Shown piece by piece: positions 38,640 to 50,653 of a stretch of DNA of 64,000 nt. Under the pieces are notes generated by a model. That model searched no databases and was not told the origin of the DNA. It saw nothing but the letters and a program-made list of their open reading frames with translations. The stretch lies in NCBI GenBank assembly GCA_030390025.1, contig CM059444.1:32240001-32304000 (forward strand), given 5' to 3'. Position 1 is the first letter of the stretch, and each line of letters opens with the position of its first letter. The translations under genes and the position numbers were made by a program. This stretch comes from Squalus acanthias (Eukaryota).

Positions 38640-40426
38640 GTGAGTGTTGCACTTGCTAGATTACAGACTGAATGATATGGTTATGAAGCCATTTTAAGGA
38701 TGTTGGCTCCTAATGAGATAAGATCAGTTTAATAATCCCTTGACGTCTCTCACCCCCAATCATTTTGTATACCTTTATTTACCTGGGGAGTAGATTTCCT
38801 CTAGTTGCTATAGTAGCAACGTGATAAACATAGCAGGAACCCGTCCTCTTGATTGGTATTTCCAGTGAAATCATAAAGCTCTTATTTTAGAATGCTTTTA
38901 CAATCTTGCTCGAAATAACAAACATCTTTCTGCTATATTTATGTCGCTAAAATATAATGACCAGATGAAATCTTACACCTTGGAAGTTCTTCAATAATAA
39001 GATGATTTATATCAAAGTACCTGGGTCTAAACAAGATGTGGGACTAGGTCTGGTCATTGACGGCATCAATTCCATTCCTTCCAACGGATCTTGTACAATT
39101 TGCACATGGATATTACCCAACTTGTTTAATCTCACAAGGGAGGTGAATCACCATGGTACAACTTCTGAGAAAGATAAAGCTCTGTGAAAATCCTCCACGA
39201 CCCCCTCACTACATGGTCTTATCAGCATGGCTAGCTTTAAAGATTTTAAGTGATGGAATAAGGATACAGAAGCTTCACTGAAAAGTACACTATTTAAGTT
39301 CTTTAAAAACTGCATAGTTGAGAAGGCTACAACAGATTTAGAGTCAGCTGCTGTATGTCCATCACTAATGGTGCTGGATTTAACTATTTAAACTGTTTCC
39401 AAGCCACAGTCTCCCTAGCTTCTCCCAATATCCCAGTGCTGCTTTAAAATTTCTCATGAACTTTGACGTTGACCTGTAATATTTTTTTCAAAGTTAAATA
39501 CTGAAATAATTTCTGGGTAGAAAATAATTGGATCCCAATCGCCTTGGTAGCCCAACACTGTTGGTATGTAGGGGTGATTTCAAGATTCCAACACTTACAG
39601 GGATTCCATGTTGAAAAATCAGGGCTACAATGTTGTAGCTCTGTCGCCAGTACACATTCCCTTCAAACTTTTTTCCCCATTGGGAGCACGCAATCACTCC
39701 TTATATCATTAGATAATTTGCCTGTGAATATAATGAAAGCAATGATATTAAACGCTAAGCACGTCAACAATGGGGTAGCATTCAAAACTGAAATATGTTG
39801 TTTGTTTCAGTAAAATCTCCCTCTTTATCAGACTGGTGTACATGATAATGGAATATGCTGCCTTTTACTCACTCTGTGTGTGAGTACATGTGTGAATTCA
39901 TAGCTTCTGTACATATCACTTAAATTGATTTTTAAAGAAGTAAGCAGATTTAATTACACCACATTGAAACTTGTAAAAGGTATATCTGCCCTCAAGGATT
40001 TCTAGTGTGTCTGAAATGTTTCCGTCTGTTAAAGCTTTTATTTCATCTGTGAAATTAATTTGGGCATATTTTTCAAGGAATTACTGAAATAAGTAAATTC
40101 CACAAAATGACCTCTTTCTTCGTTGTCATAGCATCAAACATTTGTTATGTCATTGTTAAGTGTCTTTTGTTTTTAAATACTTCTGAATGTTGCTTCATTT
40201 TCCAGTGTCACTGTCTTTGCTGTTTATTTATACATTTCTGGATTAAATTTAACTTTATATAGAGAGTGTGTTCTTGTTAACCTAAAGAAAAGAGTGTGAA
40301 ACTGGAGTATTGAATCCATAGTGCCTTTATTATATGGTACAACGATAATGCACCAGTCCCAACTAATGCTTGATTTGCATATTCAAATTTCCTCCCTACT
40401 GTTCAATCAATGTTGGATTACTACAG

Positions 40427-40435
40427 GGAAAAGAG
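40427..40435 (+). CDS. CADPS: CADPS 9-nt microexon (GKE)
   Basis: ttactacag|GGA AAA GAG|gtatgt; phase 0-0; gives HHAE-GKE-AFAWW as I recall from CAPS family isoforms. Confidence 0.8.
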
Positions 40436-42345
40436 GTATGTGACTAATCTGAATGAAATGAGTCACCTCCCCATATGTCTCGTGCATGTCCTAAAGATAT
40501 CATCTTTCCTAATGGGATTTTACCTGGGTCGTCCCTGCTCTTACTCTTGTTCCAAGCAGTCTACTACCAACTGCCGACACAGTGCTTGTAAAACTGTTAT
40601 TTGCAATGAGTAACAGAAATGGTTTGCTTGGGCTGGCTAAACAGCCTCTGCATGTACTGTTGGATGCTATATCAAGCACTAGAGTTGCCTCCTACCACCA
40701 TTCTCCACCCCCTGGAAACTTCCCTGAATCTACTATACTTGTCTGTGTAGATTTGTCTTTGAGTTCTAATTGTGTTTTATAATGCAGAATGTAGCACCAG
40801 TTCATGTGGAACTGATTATGCTAAAATATCAGTTCTCAAATATAGAATCATTATGATGTGAGTCAGCACTCAGTTTAAAACAAAGTTTAAAAAAAAATGT
40901 TTTTGCTGTTTCTACCAATATGAATATGGATTATGAGTCATGCATTCCACCATATTGTTGCAAGATTATGTAATTTACTAAAAAAATGATTTGGATAAAG
41001 AGATACGTGAATTATACTCTAATGGATTGTAAGAACTCCTGACACAACTGCCTTGAAATTAGGCAGTTTGATTATTAGCATATGAAAAGGTTCGTGCCTC
41101 CATTAAGGTACTGCGCATAGGAACTTTATGCGAATGCATTAAGCTATGATTCCACTCCCATAGCAAAATAGCCCACTATCATTTGCTGTATCGGATTACT
41201 AATGAAGAATGGCCACTTGGATGAGGTACTGAAGACTGCCAGCAGATGTAGAACCGTATTTCAGTAAAAGTCAATACCATCAGAAGAAAAGGGGAGAAAA
41301 AGATAAGGAAAAACTTACTAAGATTTCTAATAAAAGGGCCATAGTGCTATGGTAATTGTTGCATTAAAACCAAGACAAAATTAAATAAATATTATGTTAA
41401 AATATGCAATTCGTATAATTAAAATAAGCACTGCACCACATGTGGCATCTATACATCTTGAGGTAATTTTCTAATACGCATTTTGCTGGATGGGGCTCCC
41501 CACTAGGAGTATAAGTAGGAACATTACTATAGTGCAGAGTTGCTGTGACATCCCAGGACACCAACTCCGCAGCTGATTTTTCAGACCAAAGTCTGTCCAT
41601 GGTTGTTTTAAATCTGAATCTGGCCAAATAAAGAAACGCCTAAACAGAGCATTTTCAGAACCATACAATGGTGGTTCCTGGACCCACCATAGGGAAGGAG
41701 GTGGCAGTAGGCCTGGTCAGTAATGGTAACAGCGCTGTGGTGTCTCTCATGGAGAGAGAGAGGACCTGGTAGCAGAATCCTCTACCTCCATTCCACCATA
41801 CTGGTTGCAGTTATGGCCGAGGCCCTCAATGGCGCACCTGTACCGATCTTTGGGGCATTTCTGTAGCACCGTCGGGATTGTCCTCTTCGCGCTGTTTGGC
41901 TGCCTGTTGGTGACGTGTATCCCATGACAAGCTGCTGTGCATCTGCATCTAATGACACCAAACCTAGGGAAATGGGTCGGCGTTGGAGTGGAATTGGAGG
42001 CGTGGGTGGAAGTCCCGCTCTGCCGGAACTCCATGCCGAAGAGGAGAATCCAGGGCATCATCTTTAGGTACAAATACACCTCGGGGTTTGTTCTCACCTG
42101 TCACTACCTGAGGACTTATGTTTACAGGGCCTGCGGTTTTACGTCTTTTCTGACCTTCCTACTTTCAATTTTCTGGCCTCCATATTTTGGATCACTCTCA
42201 TAGGTGAGTCCCAACTCCCTATGTCTTCAAGATCATCTATACTAGCCTTGATATATAGATAATTTTTTGGTAATGTGCCCCAGGATAATGAAGAGAACAA
42301 TTTTTGTTTAAAGTTGCTGGAATTATCCTACACCTCCATACAGTC

Positions 42346-43070
42346 TGGGCTGGATTTTGCCAGCCGAGACGAGTTGGGGGTGGGACTGCTGCCTTCCGGG
42401 TTCTAGTCCCGCCCCCAGCGACGTCCGATGCACAGACGCTATTTTCCACTGATTGGCCTTGTTAAGCCCGCCCTGCGGGCTTGCCAGCCAATTAAGGGAA
42501 AGCCGGTGTCAGATGACGTCAGTTGATGACGCTTCAGCTGCCGGTTTTCTTAAAGGGACATGAAGCATTTATTTTTGACAAATGATTTGACAGTGTTTGA
42601 CAGCATTGAGGTGCTGTCAAACACTGACAATCACTGTACAAAGGTGAGCCCTTGCTCCCAGGCTCTCCAATGACTCTCTTCTTAGGATAAAACAGATGGA
42701 AGCTGCAGGTGAGGGTACAGGAGCGATCTGTCACTTCTCCCAATGAGGTGATGCCACACAAACACTTCAAAGCTTGTCACCTACAGAAACATCTAAACAC
42801 ATTAAAAATGACTTTCCCAACATTTCCTTACCTCTGATACTCACCAGTGTCCCATTGCATCCTTCACACTACTTCTGCAGCTGTCTTCTAAACACAAACA
42901 TTACAACAGACCCACAGCACGCCTCACTTACCCTGGCGGGGTTTCCCGACATCGGGAAGCCCGCAGCAGAAGGCTCAAAATGGGAAAAAGCCTCTTACTG
43001 CCTGTTAACTACCTGTTAACAGGCAATTAAGTGGCTGTAAGCCTCTTCCCGCCTCTACAATCAAAATAAC
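42346..43070. mobile_element. Degenerate Harbinger-type non-autonomous element
   Basis: Starts GGGCTGGATTTTGC like the other MITE TIRs; the right end is not clearly resolvable. Confidence 0.45.
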
Positions 43071-43309
43071 TGTATTCCATGTAACTGAATGAATCATACA
43101 GTCTGGTTTTTATTCCAAAATCAGCTTGGCTGCTCCTTTATGTTTTGCAGAAAACTGAACAAAACCTGAAACATCAGTATTCAGTTAAACCTTGATACAA
43201 GATTCTGCCGCATCTGGCTTATGGGCTGTGACTAGATTTAAAGGGACAGCCTCCAGTTCAAAATTAGACAACAAACTACACCAATCCTACCTGGGAATAT
43301 CAGAGGCCA

Positions 43310-43633
43310 CTTGCCCCACAACCCTCCGAGATATCTGCGCTCCTCTAATTCTGGCCTCTTGAGCATCCCCGATTTTAATTGCTCCACCATTGGTGGCCGC
43401 GCCTTCAGCTGCCAAGGCCCTCAGCTCTGGAATTCCCTGCCTAAACCTCTCCGCCTCTCTATTTTTCCTTTAAGATGCTCCTTAAAACCTACCTCTTTGA
43501 CCAAGCTTTTGGTCATCTGCCCTAATATCTCCTTATGTGGCTCGGTGTCAAGTTTTGTTTTATAACGCTCCTGTGAAGCACTTTGGGACATTTTACTATG
43601 TTAAAGGGGCTGTATAAATACAGGTTGTTGTTG
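43310..43633 (+). mobile_element. L2 LINE 3' end
   Basis: PPRYLRSSNSGLL...GGRAFS...LWNSLP (L2 ORF2 C-terminus) and tail tataaatacaggttgttgttg. Confidence 0.88.
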
Positions 43634-43656
43634 TCTTTTGCACTTCTGCTTTACAA

Positions 43657-44390
43657 GTGACCAAGCTATGCCACCTGTTGCAGGCTGATCTACAGACAAT
43701 GTCAAGGAATGGGACAGCTCTTCCTGGGGCTGCCATGGTCAATACAACATTAAACTTCTATGTCACAGGGCTCTTCCAAACCCCCATAGGGGACATATGC
43801 CGGAAATGCCAGTACACAGTTGATTCCTCTATGAAACAAGTGACTGATGCCATTTTTGCTGGGGGAAGCACCTTTATTAATCACCCAGTGGGAAGGAGAC
43901 ACCAACTGGAAAGGCCTATTGACCACCCGACAAGCTTGCTAAGAGTTTCTGGTGTTTTATTTGTGATGTGAGGTCTGCACATATCAACTCCACTGTATAC
44001 ATTAACAGAAAGGTGCTCCACTTTATGAATGTGCAGGCCCTTTTCAAACCATAAAAATATCATCCTGCAGGATATTGCCTGTTATATGGAGAGCTACTGT
44101 GATGCTTTCACTCTGGAGTAGGCAACCGGGCCTGCATTATTTGACAGTCTGAGAGAATTAATAGATAGTTCTTAGGAGACCAGGGCTATTTTTTGTAGCC
44201 TGGCTAATAATCCCAACTAGAAATCCTCACACAGCATAAAATCACAGGTACAATAAGGCCCAGTGCCACTGTCTAAATTACTGTGGAACACACCATCCTC
44301 AAGCAATAGTTTCACTGTTTGGACTGTTCAGACAGGATGCTGCACTAAATCCAGCCAAAGTCACCCAAGATCTGCTTGCGAGCAATCCGC
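43657..44390 (+). mobile_element. Decayed Harbinger (HARBI1-like) DDE transposase
   Basis: LCHLLQADLQ...TALP...LNFYVTGLFQ...GDIC...QVTDAIF, then broken DAFTL, FLGDQGY, WLIIPTRNP, VEHTI.LKQ*FHCLD motifs. Confidence 0.85.
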
Positions 44391-44497
44391 ATGGCATCTC
44401 TGATGTAGGTAAAGCCCACCGCCACCAGACTTTTTAAATGCTTCCCCAGACTGTGAAATCCAGCAGTGATAAAGTCCTGTATCTCAGTGTTGTCGGT

Positions 44498-44630
44498 CAG
44501 CGTTCTGATGAAGGGTCATCGACCTGAATCGTTAACTCTGTTTCTCTGTCCACAGATGCTGCCTGACCTGTTGCCAGTATTTTCTGTTTTGATTTCAGAT
44601 TTCCAACATCCGCAGTATTTTGCTTTTGTT
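44498..44630 (+). mobile_element. Penelope-like terminal repeat fragment with minimal hammerhead-like motif
   Basis: gtt-CTGATGA-agggtcatcgacct-GAATC-GTT-aactctg followed by cacagatgctgcctgacctg; homologous to 3001-3097. Confidence 0.7.
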
Positions 44631-44879
44631 TCTATGGATTAAATTATTTACTTCTCACTTGTGGAAGATTCCCTTGTGTGCTAGGTGTAGTGATAAATAG
44701 TACGTTTACAACCTAGGACTCATAGGAAATCTTCCCCAATGGTGATTTATTTTCAGTATGACTCGCAGCTTAAGTACTTGAAACAGTCACACATCTATAG
44801 TAAATTAATTCTACCCTTTATTTTTATGTCAGCGTTACTTATAATAAAAAATTATGAAATTAAATTCAACAAATCCGGT

Positions 44880-45095
44880 AATTTGTGGGCTAGCACCAGA
44901 AAATAACCACAAAAGCTGCTGTTAAAAACCCAACTGGTTCACTAATGTCCTTCAGGGAAGGTAACCTGCCACCCCTACTGTTCTGATCTACATGTGAATG
45001 CAGTCCAACACTAGATGGTTGACTTTAATGCCTTTAGGGCAACTACGGATGGGCAATAAATACTGCTTTTTCTGTGTTGCCTGCATCCCAAGAAA
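44880..45095 (+). mobile_element. SINE 3' fragment (same family as 54860-55030)
   Basis: Shared ttcactaatgt..ttcagggaagg...ggttgactttaatgcc...agggcaact...gatgg.caataaat. Confidence 0.65.
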
Positions 45096-45443
45096 AAATA
45101 CAAGAATAATTATTATATTTTAAACATCACAGTTTTGGTTTTGAAATTCAGGGCCCCATGCAATGTTGAAACAGTGCACACATGTTGAAATAACATGAGA
45201 TCTGACCTTTTCCTTCTCCCGAGGTACCCATTATATCAGAGTGTCAGGAACTTCAAGGGCTGTAACTCAAAGATTCTATTGTAGCTTTTTGTATCTTTAG
45301 GATTCCTTGGAGCATAAAGCCCTTGTAGATGATACACAGAGCTGCTGTTTGGACATACTGTCATAAAGTGGTGGGATGCAGGTTTGTGACTGCGAATGCC
45401 CACCTGCTGAGTTTCTGGTATTGGCTGTGCTGTCAGAGGAAGG

Positions 45444-45582
45444 CTTGGGTTTTACTAAAACGCTAAATACCAATCTTAGCTAGGTCATTGGCCAACAGCA
45501 CTGAGCAGAGGTGAGGTATCAAACTGACAGGATAGCAAGAGACTTGTTAGAGGTTCTAGTTCAGGTTGTGATTTAGAACCCC
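45444..45582 (+). repeat. 139-nt direct repeat, copy 1 (copy 2 at 47624-47762)
   Basis: Colinear at offset 2180; 6 mismatches by manual count. Confidence 0.9.
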
Positions 45583-45876
45583 AAGCAGAGTTCCCCCACA
45601 GGGAGGGAGAGAAGGAGCTAGGATCGGAGGATAAGTCACCAGATATTATACAGAGCTGGCAAAGGGCTGGGAATAGACCACCTGTCCACCCTCACTACAT
45701 GCACTAGGGGGGGGGGGGCGGGACAAAGGAGAGAGGAGAATATACAAAAGGAAAAATAAATTCATGCTTCTATTCTGTCTGTGTAAACCTGGTTAGCTGC
45801 AGCTTTTTAATTTCCAGAAATCATTCGTAGGTCTAATTCTATTAATGCTTCAAAAACATTTAACTTTTAAAACTTT

Positions 45877-46560
45877 GGGGGAGAAATTCGGTATCGCCCC
45901 GTTTGGGGTGCAATTATCGGCCGGGCGCAAAGTTTAGCGCCTGTCGCTAATTATCACCTCCGTCTGCAAACTTGGCTTCTATCGCCCCTGGAGGTGATTG
46001 GAGCACTAAATCGGCGCTACACACCTCCCTTAAGGCGCTAATGCCGAGGAGCGAGGCGCTACCTCAGAGCGCTGGCGAAGCTCATGTGATGTCAGTCAGC
46101 AATGGAACACAGACACACTGGCGCCGGCCAGTTCTTAAAGGGGAGGGTCGATCTTGCTCTCCAGCCACACCCTGCTCATTGGAGCCTTGAATCTCTCTCT
46201 CTGTCAGAATGAGTGGTGCAAAAATGTCTACCACAGAAAAAGCCAGGAAGAGGCCACCTTTAAATAGCACCCCCCCCCCCAGCCCCTCACCGACTGGGAA
46301 ACATTCCAGTCTCCCTGTCGTTGCTTGCGCCAGGCGGAAAGGAGGGGGGCGCCACTCAATATCCGGTCCGGGGCACCAACAGGGCGTTGCGCGCTCGACT
46401 GACGTCACGATCTGCGGGCTCAGCAGATCGGGGCAGTAAACTTCTGCGCCGCCGCAAAAACTCTAGTCAATTTCGCGAGTGGTGCAAACATCGCCGCGCC
46501 TGGGCGCTAGTTGCTTTGCGCCCCATAATGGGAGGCACAAGCCAACCGAATTTTTCCCCC
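45877..46560. mobile_element. Young CpG-rich MITE, copy 1
   Basis: ttt|GGGGGAGAAATTCGG...CCGAATTTTTCCCCC|ttt; highly similar to 63107-63999. Confidence 0.9.
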
Positions 46561-47171
46561 TTTGACTTTTAAAATGTCATGAGCATCAGAGGCCATGGAA
46601 CAAGTATTTTCGATAAGCTAAAACTTTCTGTTTTTAAAAAGTGCACTGAAGGATGCATGCAGGATACTATAAATTCCCCACTGGAAAGGCGTAAATGGGT
46701 TTATTATCTCAATGTAAAAAATGCTATTCCAGTGCCTTAATTCATTCCTATTAGAAGATACCACCATTTTCTGGGGTAAAGTTTTCTCCCCTCATGCCCA
46801 CTCTGAGCTCGTCTTGTCCAACAAAAAGTTGCAGCTAACCAAATTTGAATATATCAGGACTGGCTCCACCACTACTAACTGTACAAAGAGAAAAACTGGG
46901 TTTGCTAACCATTTCTGTGTATCAGGTATTGTAAAAAAAAATTAGCCTACATCAGGCTTGATCTATGGATTTGACTACCATTTAGGACAAAATAGAGAGG
47001 GATCCAAAATTGGACTTGTGTTTAAAACAAGATCAAGCAAATTTAAAATGTAAAATGCCCTTTTTAAAATGTCATTACGCTACATAATGGAATATCTTGA
47101 CGATTGCTGCTATTAAATGTAGGTGACTGGTTATATTTGGTTATTGCAGTCACAACCAAGACAATTCTATT

Positions 47172-47515
47172 GGCCCAGAATTTACTGGGAAAATAACGGC
47201 GAGTTTAATGCTAATACTAATAATATAATAATCGAACCTTTCGTTCCTTCTTTCTATTTTTCTTTCTGTATATAATTTGATTCTAATTCACCCGATTTCC
47301 TTCTCTGTCACTCTTCTGTTTCTTTCTCTATCCTTAAATCTCATTGGTTAAGTAGATAGACTGTTGGTCCCATTGTCCCAGATGCCCCGCTGACTGTTAG
47401 CAGCTCGCACGTCTAACAGTTTGCAGCACAAAACATTTTCGAGCTGAAGGGTGAGGAAAACAATCTAACCAACGGGGCACGCCACGAGATGCCCCGCTCC
47501 AGCAAATTCTGGGCC
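47172..47515. mobile_element. MITE with ATT target-site duplication
   Basis: att|GGCCCAGAATTTACTGG...CCAGCAAATTCTGGGCC|att. Confidence 0.85.
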
Positions 47516-47623
47516 ATTTCGTTTATTTCAGCTAGCTGGTGGCCCCGTGATGCTCTCCGTCAGTTTGCCAAGCTACAAATTGGGAGACCAAGGTTTGATT
47601 CCCAGCCTTAGCTGTCTTTTCCA

Positions 47624-47762
47624 CTTGGGTTTTACGAAAACGCTAAGTACCAACCTTAGCTAGGTCATTGGCCAACAGCACTGAGCAGAGGTGAGGTATC
47701 AAAGTGACAGGATAGCAAGAGATTTGTTAGAGGTTCTACTTCAGGTTGTGATTTAGAACCCC
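47624..47762 (+). repeat. 139-nt direct repeat, copy 2
   Basis: See 45444-45582. Confidence 0.9.
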
Positions 47763-48680
47763 CTACTCCCTGACCATGGAGCAACATTACCAGAGACCAT
47801 GGAAATGCGCACAGTCACTCACTTGTCATCCCAGCTGGACTCCAGGGTGAGCAACCTCAGAAGACTACAAAAGGAGAGACAATGAGCATAAAATTCATTC
47901 CAACAATTATTTTTTAAACAAACAACCAGAATTTCAAATATAATTTCATATTTATGATTAGCTATGAAAAATGTTACATTAATTAGTGTAATATCAGACC
48001 ATAAAAAAACATACAAAGCAATCTATGTAAAATGAGACTGGCATTATGTTGCCTCAGCATTATTGTATAAAGTTCCATTGCTGGCGCCACTCATGTTGCA
48101 TGTTACTAGCCAGCAACAGATACACGACAGACATGCATGCATTTTAAACACATTCACATCTCAGGAACCCAGGATGTGAATGTAACTCCCAAAAACTCAT
48201 TGGAAGCCTGCCTAAAAGGCTGGAAAGCATGCACAAGTCCTAGCTGCATGAATATTTGGAGTGCGAACTAAAAATAGCCAACCTACCTAAAGAAGCATTG
48301 TCTTGTAGTAAGCTGGTAAATGGCATGACTTCAGTGAGTTATTGTTAAGAGAACAACAAAAATTTGGATTATTTTACCTGTATATGTTGCTCAAACTGCA
48401 AATGATTATAATGTCCTATGTTGTACAAAGTTTGGGAAGACAGACTCTACTTCACTTCTCCATCGAAACGAATTGGATTGAGAAAGAGATTTAGAATACT
48501 TCTGTTATTGAGGCCTCATATCAGGATGCTTGTTTCTTTACAATAACTCCTTTGGTTCCATAATATAAACATCTACCCTATAGAGTTAGACCCAATCCAG
48601 ATTACTACAGAGCTTTATGAAGTGGTTGAGAGATTTTATTTGTATTCATTCTTTTTTTCCTCTGGCTTTGTCCTTCGAAG

Positions 48681-48837
48681 GCCTTTGCTTGGTGGTCAGA
48701 TTTGATGGTTGAACATGCAGAGACCTTCCTGTCACTGTTTGCGGTAGACATGGACACTGCTCTGGAGACACAGGCCCCGGACACCTGGGACAGCTTCCCA
48801 TTATTTCAGCTGCTCAATGATTTCCTGAGGAGTGATT
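48681..48837 (+). CDS. CADPS: CADPS coding exon, 157 nt ([16 protein letters not shown]...LLNDFLRSD)
   Basis: ccttcgaag|GCC TTT GCT TGG TGG...GAT T|gtatgt; phase 0-1. Confidence 0.97.
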
Positions 48838-49028
48838 GTATGTATCACTTTTTAATAAAAAGTTTCATATACTGTTTTTACCATTATTTTCTTGATTAGC
48901 TCTTAACTTTATTAATTCAAGTCTCTATTACAATAAATCTTGATCAGTTTTGTTAAGTCCCAGCAGTCCACATGTAATGGGGTTTGAGAATGTAAGAGAG
49001 GATTAATAGAGTACACAGTGAAGTAATA

Positions 49029-49663
49029 GGCCTAGAAATTAGACCTGTACAGGCATAGAACGGGCACAACAAGGGCCAATTTTGAAGACCAACTTCATGC
49101 GCCCCAACGACAACTGAAAGACGTCCAACCTGATATTGGGTGGGGCCATCTTTCAGGCAGCCACCCAAAACAGGGGTTAGGCCCTTTGCATAAGCTATTG
49201 AGGAGTCGAATGCTTTTTTCAAGACCCTTTTGAGAAATTGGGCTACTCTGAGAAAGCAGTCGCTGCATCTGCTCCACTCAGGTTTTCCTGGCATAGATAA
49301 GGCCTAGCAAGTGGTCACCACCAAAATGGTAATCCCCAAAAAATTGACATTTTGCTGTGGAGCCAGGAGGAACAGGAGTGCTCCAGCCAGCTCCACAGCA
49401 TCCTGACTGCTGTTGGCCGCAATCGGCTCCTCCCACCGCCCCGCCCCCCACTCAGCACTTACCTGAGGTCGCTGCCAGAATTCATTCCCACAGAAAGGCA
49501 AGCTGCCTGTGGAGGTACAACTGGTGCCACAACTCACCCAGATTATTTAGACGATGCTTGAGGTCCAATTTCGGGCTGGCCTTGGGCCTCTCAGTTGAGG
49601 AGCGTGCTGCAACCGCATTGCCGCCTTCACACCCAAAACCGGGTGCTGACAAATTTCTGCCCC
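49029..49663. mobile_element. MITE
   Basis: GGCCTAGAAATT...AATTTCTGCCCC ends; carries the shared internal motif at 49356-49384. Confidence 0.7.
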
Positions 49664-49798
49664 ATGGTGTTTATAATAAGCAGCTGATAATCCTAAACTG
49701 TTTACAACAAATGTCCTGTCTACCATTAGCTTCTTCATAGAGTTATTACCTAATATTGTTATCAAACTGGCCTTAGAGGGGATGCATCACACATTCTG

Positions 49799-50168
49799 TG
49801 ACTGTCTGTGTGGAGTTTGCACATTCTCCCCGTGTCTGCGTGGGTTTCCTCCGGGTGCTCCGGTTTCCTCCCACAGTCCAAAAATGTGTGGGTTAGGTTG
49901 ATTTGGCTATGATAAATTGACCCTTAGTGTTAGGGGGGATTAAATATGTGGGGTTATGGGGATAGGATGGGATAGGATGGGATATGTTAGGGGGAATTAA
50001 ATACATGGGGTTACGGGGGTACGGTGGGATATGTGTGCTGTGGGGATTGAAGCAGGGACAGGGTACTGGATTTGGATGATCAGCCATGATCGTATTGAAT
50101 GGCGGAGCAGGCTCGACGGGCCGAATGGCCTACTCCTGCTCCTAGATTCTATGTTTCTATGTTTCTAT
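49799..50168 (+). mobile_element. HE1-like V-SINE (5' truncated) with CR1/HER1-type tail
   Basis: V-domain gtctgtgtggagtttgcacattctccccgtgtctgcgtgggtttcctccgggtgctccggtttcctcccaca; tail gaatggcctactcctgctcct...(tctatgtt)n shared with CR1. Confidence 0.85.
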
Positions 50169-50183
50169 TCACCAGATGGGTAT

Positions 50184-50653
50184 AAAAGAAAGAAAGAATT
50201 GCATTTATATAGCGCCTTTCACGACCACCGGACGTCTCAAAGCGCTTTACAGCCAATGAAGTACTTTTGAAGTTGAAGTCACTGTTGTAATGTGGGAAAC
50301 GCGGCAGCCAATTTGCGCACAGCAAGCTCCCACAAACAGCAATGTGATAATGACCAGATAATCTGTTTTTGTTATGTTGGTTGAGGGATAAATATTGGCC
50401 AGGACACTGGGGATAACTCCCCTGCTCTTCTTCGAAATAGTGTCATGGGATCTTTTACGTCCACCTGAGAAAGCAGACGGGGCCTCGGTTTAACGTCTCA
50501 TCTGAACGACGGCACCTCCGACAGTGCAGCACTCCCTCAGCACTGTACTGCAGTGTCAGCCTAGCTTTATGTGCTCAAGTCCCTGGAGTGGGACTTGAAC
50601 CCACAACCTTCTGACTCAGAGGCGAATGTGCTACCAACTGGGCCACAGCTGAC
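50184..50653 (-). mobile_element. Full-length tRNA-derived SINE with L2-type tail (SacSINE1/Deu-SINE-like), inserted into a CR1 fragment
   Basis: Reverse strand has A-box-like tggcccagttggtagcac and B-box ggttcaagtccc, and ends gcgctatataaatgcaattctttctttc. Confidence 0.85.

Noticed and set aside
45818-45826. tttccag|AAATCATTC|gtaggt, possible 9-nt phase-0 microexon (KSF)
   Set aside because: Weak donor context and no matching peptide known to me; such strings arise by chance. I also found no clear equivalent of the human PHVDKGE microexon in this intron.
50570-50653. tRNA-like A/B box sequence on the minus strand (similar heads at ~53347 and ~47545)
   Set aside because: These are SINE heads, not tRNA genes; no complete cloverleaf.
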